DNA of 64,000 bases from Raja brachyura (taxonomy: Eukaryota): contig OY740813.1 of the NCBI GenBank assembly GCA_963514005.1, forward strand, positions 9,734,001 through 9,798,000, read 5' to 3'. Positions 44,501 through 64,000 of the stretch are shown here, piece by piece. How positions within the stretch are numbered: the first letter of the stretch is position 1; every line of letters starts with the position of its first letter. The notes under the pieces were generated by a model. That model worked only from the letters and a program-made list of their open reading frames with translations, was not told where the DNA came from and ran no database searches. Position numbers and translations under genes: made by a program.

Positions 44501-46704
44501 AAATTTTTCGATTTTTACGGGCACGTTCTGCATTCATTAGAAAGGCTCTGGTTGGTGAAATTCACAGGCTAAGTCAAAGTGTTCCATTTGTTTCAAATGA
44601 CTTGACTTAGTTTGCTTGAGTGAGTTTAGTGATTGGAAAAATACATTTACTGCTGGTAGCAATTTTAATTGCAGAAGAGAACACATAAAACTTTACCACT
44701 TATGAGAAATATTGCATTCAAGCCCTGTGAATAGATCTCAGTTTTAGCAGGACTGAGACAAAATGTAAATATTGAATGATGGGCCATGTCCTCATGTTTG
44801 CTTCAGTCACCAAAGTTAATGTTACTTATTAGTTCTCAGAACCAATTTTGACATTGATTAAAATAGCCATTACACTCAAATTGCTGAATGTCAGTAATAT
44901 TGATCTGGCAAGGAATAGATAATCTTCAATGGAGATTTGGCTCTGTTAATTTCCCTTGGACCCAGTTTAAATTAATGCAGAGATCATATGCACCGCACTA
45001 AAAAGGTTGAGAGAAATAGCGAGCATTTTTGTTGTAGAAGACCTTGCATTTGTATTATACCCTTCAAATCCTCAGGACATTGTTTTGCACAGGACAGTTA
45101 ACTGTGTAATCTTGCATTGCAGAAAATGTGGCCAAATCCCTCAATGAGATTGTGGCCAGATGACCAGTACAGCTGCGTAGGGTGCTAACACTATTTAAAC
45201 AGAGATAACAACTGCATAATTCCCAGTCAATGAAGCTTGTGGGACATCATTACTGCTTAGTGACTGAGATCGATGTCATGCACATAATTTATATTCAATT
45301 ATCCTCCGCTCATTTCTCTGGGTAAGATGCCTTATTCCGATGGGAGAATATAGTTTGCCTTCGTTGTCTCTGTACTGTACACTGACAATGACAGTTAAAA
45401 TTGAATCTGAATCTGAGCTGCTTCTTAAATGGAAATCACTTTCAGTGCAAATTTGTTTACTACAAGTCCTGTCTCCAACTCAGTAACTCACACAAAAGAT
45501 TTAATGATGCCATAGTCTCAGAATTGTTTCAAGTAAGTTGATCGAGGGGTAAATATACAGCATATTTGCAGAATTAGTTTGGTTTGATTTTTATTGCCCA
45601 GTTTCTAAAGATATATACGAAAGAACTTCCAGAAGACTTCCAAACCAGTTACTTCCAATAAAAATCAACCAATAGCTGCAGCTCAATAGTTTGCATGGAC
45701 CTAAACTTTAGTTAGTCCCCTGCCCTTACCTTCCACTAGCCTCCATTTCCAAAGCCTTCAAACTGCAGTATATCAGTAATGGAGATAAACTACTGAGAAA
45801 CGCCTGGCATAGCTTAGTTTTTATTTCTGATTCTATATCCTATTATATTGATATTATAACTATCAGGATAAGATAGGCAGATCCACAATGATCTATTTGG
45901 AACGCTGTAAGGAAATGTTTAATTGGGACAGAGTCAAGGGAGCGAGTGGGTAATGGAATGAGAATGAAGTCAGACATATTGCAGACAGCGGATGGTGAAT
46001 GGCAAAAGATGCGAGGTGCATGAGCGTGCCAATGTTTCTAATGACTAATTTGATCATGAGGAATACATTTTCCAAAAATAATGATGAAAGACCTTGAACA
46101 AGTGAAAAACTAGTTTTCTAAGGAAGAGGGAGCAGCGCTGGCACGTCATCCTAATAATCACTGCTCCCAAGTGGAACTTGTGCTTCAAGGTGAAATTAAT
46201 GCAGTTGATTCAGTGCGGGTACTGCATCACACCAAAGACAGGAGGCTTAATTAACAGTTTACAAACCTCAAAACATACCAGGCAAATGACCACAATGGCT
46301 TCTCAAGAGTTTACACTCTGCATCAAGGAATCAGCAATTCCTTCAGACCTAACTGATGTGAATAGGCACAAGTGAGGAATGAATAGATGTCAATGTAAAT
46401 GGCCAAGATACAGAAAGGCGAGTAAGGGCTTGTGTGAAGTCTAAACACTGGCACAGATCCGGTGGGCTGACTCCTGTTTCTGCGTTATGAAATACAATGC
46501 AATAACAAAACTCTGACAAGAGGAAACTGAAGCAAACATGGGGAATTAACAGGGCTACCAAGCAATGAAAGCCATGCTTTCACGTACACTCCTGGCAGTC
46601 AGCCTAATTCAAGTCTTTCCCCTGATTCTATCACACTGTTTTGGAGTCTGGGAGCAGCTTTATGACGATATATTTTTTTCCCCCTCACACCCCCTGAGCC
46701 TTTG

Positions 46705-60952
<14,248 letters not shown>

Positions 60953-61189
60953 CTATATCAGGCCTGAAGTACAGAGGAACTAAAGGTACAGCAGTAGACA
61001 AAAAATGGGACATTGATGCAACCCTGATCTGCTCAAGTGCATTGGTTGCAGAGACTGTGGCATTACATGCGATTCACAGAAAGATCAGCGGTCCCTTTAA
61101 GGAAAAACCTTCACTTCCCATTCTGACTTTTGTTAACTGGACGTGGTAAGACTTTTTTTGATATTAAAAAAATGTTCAAATGCACAAGT

Positions 61190-61775
61190 TACAATACAAT
61201 ACCGTTTATTGCCATTTGAACCTTATTGAGGTTCAAACGAAATTTAGTTTCTGCAGTCATACAAACAAGAAAAAGAACCAAGACACAACACAATTTACAC
61301 AAACATCCATCACAGCGAATCTCCTCCTCACTGTGATGGAAAGCAAAGTCTGCTCTCTCCCCTGCACTCCCCATTCTCCTTCCGATGTCAGAGTCAAAGC
61401 CCCCGGCGGGCGATGGTAAATAAGTCCCGCAGCCATTGCCGCGCCGGGCGATGTAAGGCCCTGCTCCAGGTCATTTTCAACCCCGCAACTCGGGAGGGAG
61501 AGGTTGCTGCCGCGGGAGCTCCGAAAAGCGGTCTCCCGTCCACCGGCCTGCAGCTGGAGCATCCAAATCTCCAGGGTCGGGCAGCAGCAGCACGCCACCA
61601 CAGCTCCTCCCGTTCCTAACTCGGCCAGCTCCACGACGGTGAGTAGTCCGCAGGCTCTGCGACTGGAGCCCCAGGTTCGGTTGGAGGCAGCTTCACGGTG
61701 CTAGGCCCCAACGGCAACGGAGACCCGAGAGAGGAAAGGTCGGGTCCTCCGTACATGGGAAAGATTTTAAAAGTT
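61190..61775 (-). mobile_element. CpG-rich non-autonomous retroposon with Rex1-like tail
   Basis: Minus-strand 3' end AATTTCGTTTGAACCT..AGGTTCAAATGGCAATAAAC then (GTATT)n. Confidence 0.6.
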
Positions 61776-61947
61776 TTGGACTGGCCCAACATTGGGAACA
61801 TTTTTCCTGCATCTAGCTTGTCTAGTCCTTTTATAATTTTATATGTTTCCATAAAATCCAATCCTCATCCTTCTAAACTCCAGTGAATACAAGCCTAGTC
61901 TTTTCAATATTTCCTCAAGTGACAGTCCCAGGGATCAATCTCGTGAA

Positions 61948-63031
61948 CAGGGCTTTCGCTTAACTTTTTTTTCCTGTTGCCAGCCGGGCAACCTTGACAG
62001 CTTTTTAGGTAGCCAAATGACAGTTTACGTGGTCATTGAAGACAGTTTGCATGACGCGTGCGATAATGTGCTTGGACAAAGTGCGTAGTTATCAGTCGGA
62101 ATTATGCTCAATGAAGCATTCACATATTATGTTCAAGAAGGAACCGCAGATGTTGGAAAATCGAAGGTAGACAAAAGTGCTGGAGAAACTGGGCGGGTGC
62201 AGTAGCATCTATGGAGCGAAGGAAATAGGCAACGTTTCAGGCCGAAACCCATCAGTCTGAAGAATGGTTTTGGCCTGAAATGTTGCCTATTTCCTTCGCT
62301 CCATAGATGCTGCCGCATCCGCTGAGTTTCTCCAGCACTTTTGTCTACATTCACATATTATTTCTGCTTCAAATAACTCACAAACTAAACATATTCACCA
62401 ATCAAGACATGATATATACCACAATGACATGCAGCAAATTTATAATACAATATCTCAACTCTTTTTACACATTGCAATTAATGGAATTTCTATTATTTCT
62501 TTCCACTTCCAAACAAAAATGTGGTTGGATTATTCAGCGTATGATCAACCTGTGTTAATAAATCCTGGACCGTGGTAACATATATGCTTAACCATGCACA
62601 CTACAGATTGATGCATGTTTTCAGTGAAGGACCGAAAATTACCATGACAAGGCCATAGCATGGGTCGTTATTGCTATTGGCCTCGTCCCGCCGGGCGGGG
62701 TGAGGGAGGAGGAGGCGGTGGAGCCGCTGTCGCGGCTCGTCATTTGCTCAGACCTTTCGTCACCCCGCTCCTAGCAAAGATATCTTTGGCTCCTAGTATC
62801 TTTGCCTCGCAATTAAAGATGCTAGAGGAATACAGCCGCCGCCCACACGAAACGTCAGTTCCTATACTCCAGAGATGCTGCCTGACCGCGGAGTTACTCC
62901 AGTTTTTTTGCATCTACCGGTATAAACCAGTATTTGGGTGCCAAGCCGGGCAAAATGAGTCGGCGTTTAGGTTGCCCGGGGGCACTTTGGGTGGTCAATG
63001 GCACCCGGGCAACCGCTAATTTCGAGCCCTG
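61948..63031. mobile_element. Non-autonomous DNA transposon with CAGGGCT termini and 5-bp TSD (hAT5-like)
   Basis: GTGAA|CAGGGCT...AGCCCTG|GTGAA; splits a CR1 fragment. Confidence 0.75.
62131..62347. mobile_element. Fold-back mini-element of Penelope-type terminal repeats, nested in the DNA transposon
   Basis: About 80-bp inverted arms; 14-bp direct repeat CATTCACATATTAT on both flanks. Confidence 0.8.
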
Positions 63032-64000
63032 GTGAACCTACGCTGCACTGCGTCAATCTCAATCAAAATTCTTCCACTTGGCTGCAAAAGTCTAACACAA
63101 AGAGTACAACCATTAATAACAGATTTGTGACCCCCAGAGAATCGAAGAGGGTATGATCCATTTGGAATATTGAAAGGGGAAGACAGGATTTATTTAATAG
63201 TGGTATCTTGCTGAAGGCAGCGGAAACTGTGGAGTATGACTCATTGACTGGGTTGAAGTGGATGATGAGGACATTTCAATGGAGTTTTACAACACCCAAA
63301 AAAAAATAGCTACAAACTAAATTTGAGCCACATTCAAATCTTAAAGCCTTTCAGGAAATCAGACTAACCCCGAATTACTCTCCCCGCCAACCCTCCCCAA
63401 CCTTCAGAAAGGCAACTTGCTTGGAACTGCTTAATTGATCAACACTATTGGCTTGATACTATGCCCTAATTAAATTATTTTCACACCCTATTAAATCCTG
63501 TTTTCTAAGAGAACAAACAAACTTTAATCCACAAGATCTGTTTTGTGTCAGTGGTGAAGGTAACATTCTTGCGGTGTTACCAAATATAACAACAACCACA
63601 AAACGTTCAGTGTTTACATGTACTTAGAGGGCTGGCACACAGAATATTATCTTATTTTGGATCTGCAAAATGAATCACTCACGGAGGGTTTAACGTTTGG
63701 GTACAAGGATGGTCAGGCCAGTGAGAACCGCACTTATTTTCTGATCTACATTCCTGCATTCTCATAAATTCACCATCAATATAATGACTGATCCCAGTTT
63801 CTCCACAAGTGCTCCCTGGCTCATTAAGCATTATAAACATTTTCTGAAACGTCAAAAGCCCTCCAGATGCTGGCAAAATGAAGGAAAAACGAAAATGCTT
63901 AGCAATATCTGATAGCGAAACAGAGTTAACATTTCAGGTCAACGATCTCTCATTAGCAATTCCAACATACTGCTTTCAATCCAGATTTTTCCTTTTCAGT

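Noticed and set aside
44569-44610. Hairpin CTAAGTCAA...TTGACTTAG downstream of the ABL1 stop
   Set aside because: Too short for a pre-miRNA, matches no element I know, and the ABL1 3' UTR end cannot be fixed from sequence alone

Overview
Vertebrate nuclear genomic DNA, most likely a cartilaginous fish (skate/ray type), judged from HE1/V-SINE-like, CR1 and Penelope-like repeats. I reconstructed three spliced genes by hand from splice sites and reading-frame phase. (1) CIZ1 on the minus strand: 9 coding exons from ATG 26141 to 1518, with the 3' exons outside the window. (2) A complete 9-exon EXOSC2/RRP4 on the plus strand (29494-37605, 290 aa), head-to-head with CIZ1, with a U12-type intron and a rare GAG acceptor. 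(3) The last 7 exons of ABL1 on the minus strand (60931-46705), convergent with EXOSC2. Introns are full of nested mobile DNA: CR1, Rex1-like and RTE LINE fragments, V-SINEs, PIF/Harbinger MITEs, a Tc1 element, a DNA transposon with a 5-bp TSD, a tandem Helentron-like element and many Penelope-type terminal repeats. Best candidates for something new: short, TSD-flanked, fold-back elements carrying hammerhead-ribozyme cores; an identical hammerhead-bearing pair bracketing the EXOSC2 promoter; and two CpG-rich retroposons with a shared body but different LINE-type tails. No CRISPR, rRNA or tRNA gene was seen. Comparisons with human proteins and gene order are from memory; no searches were run.
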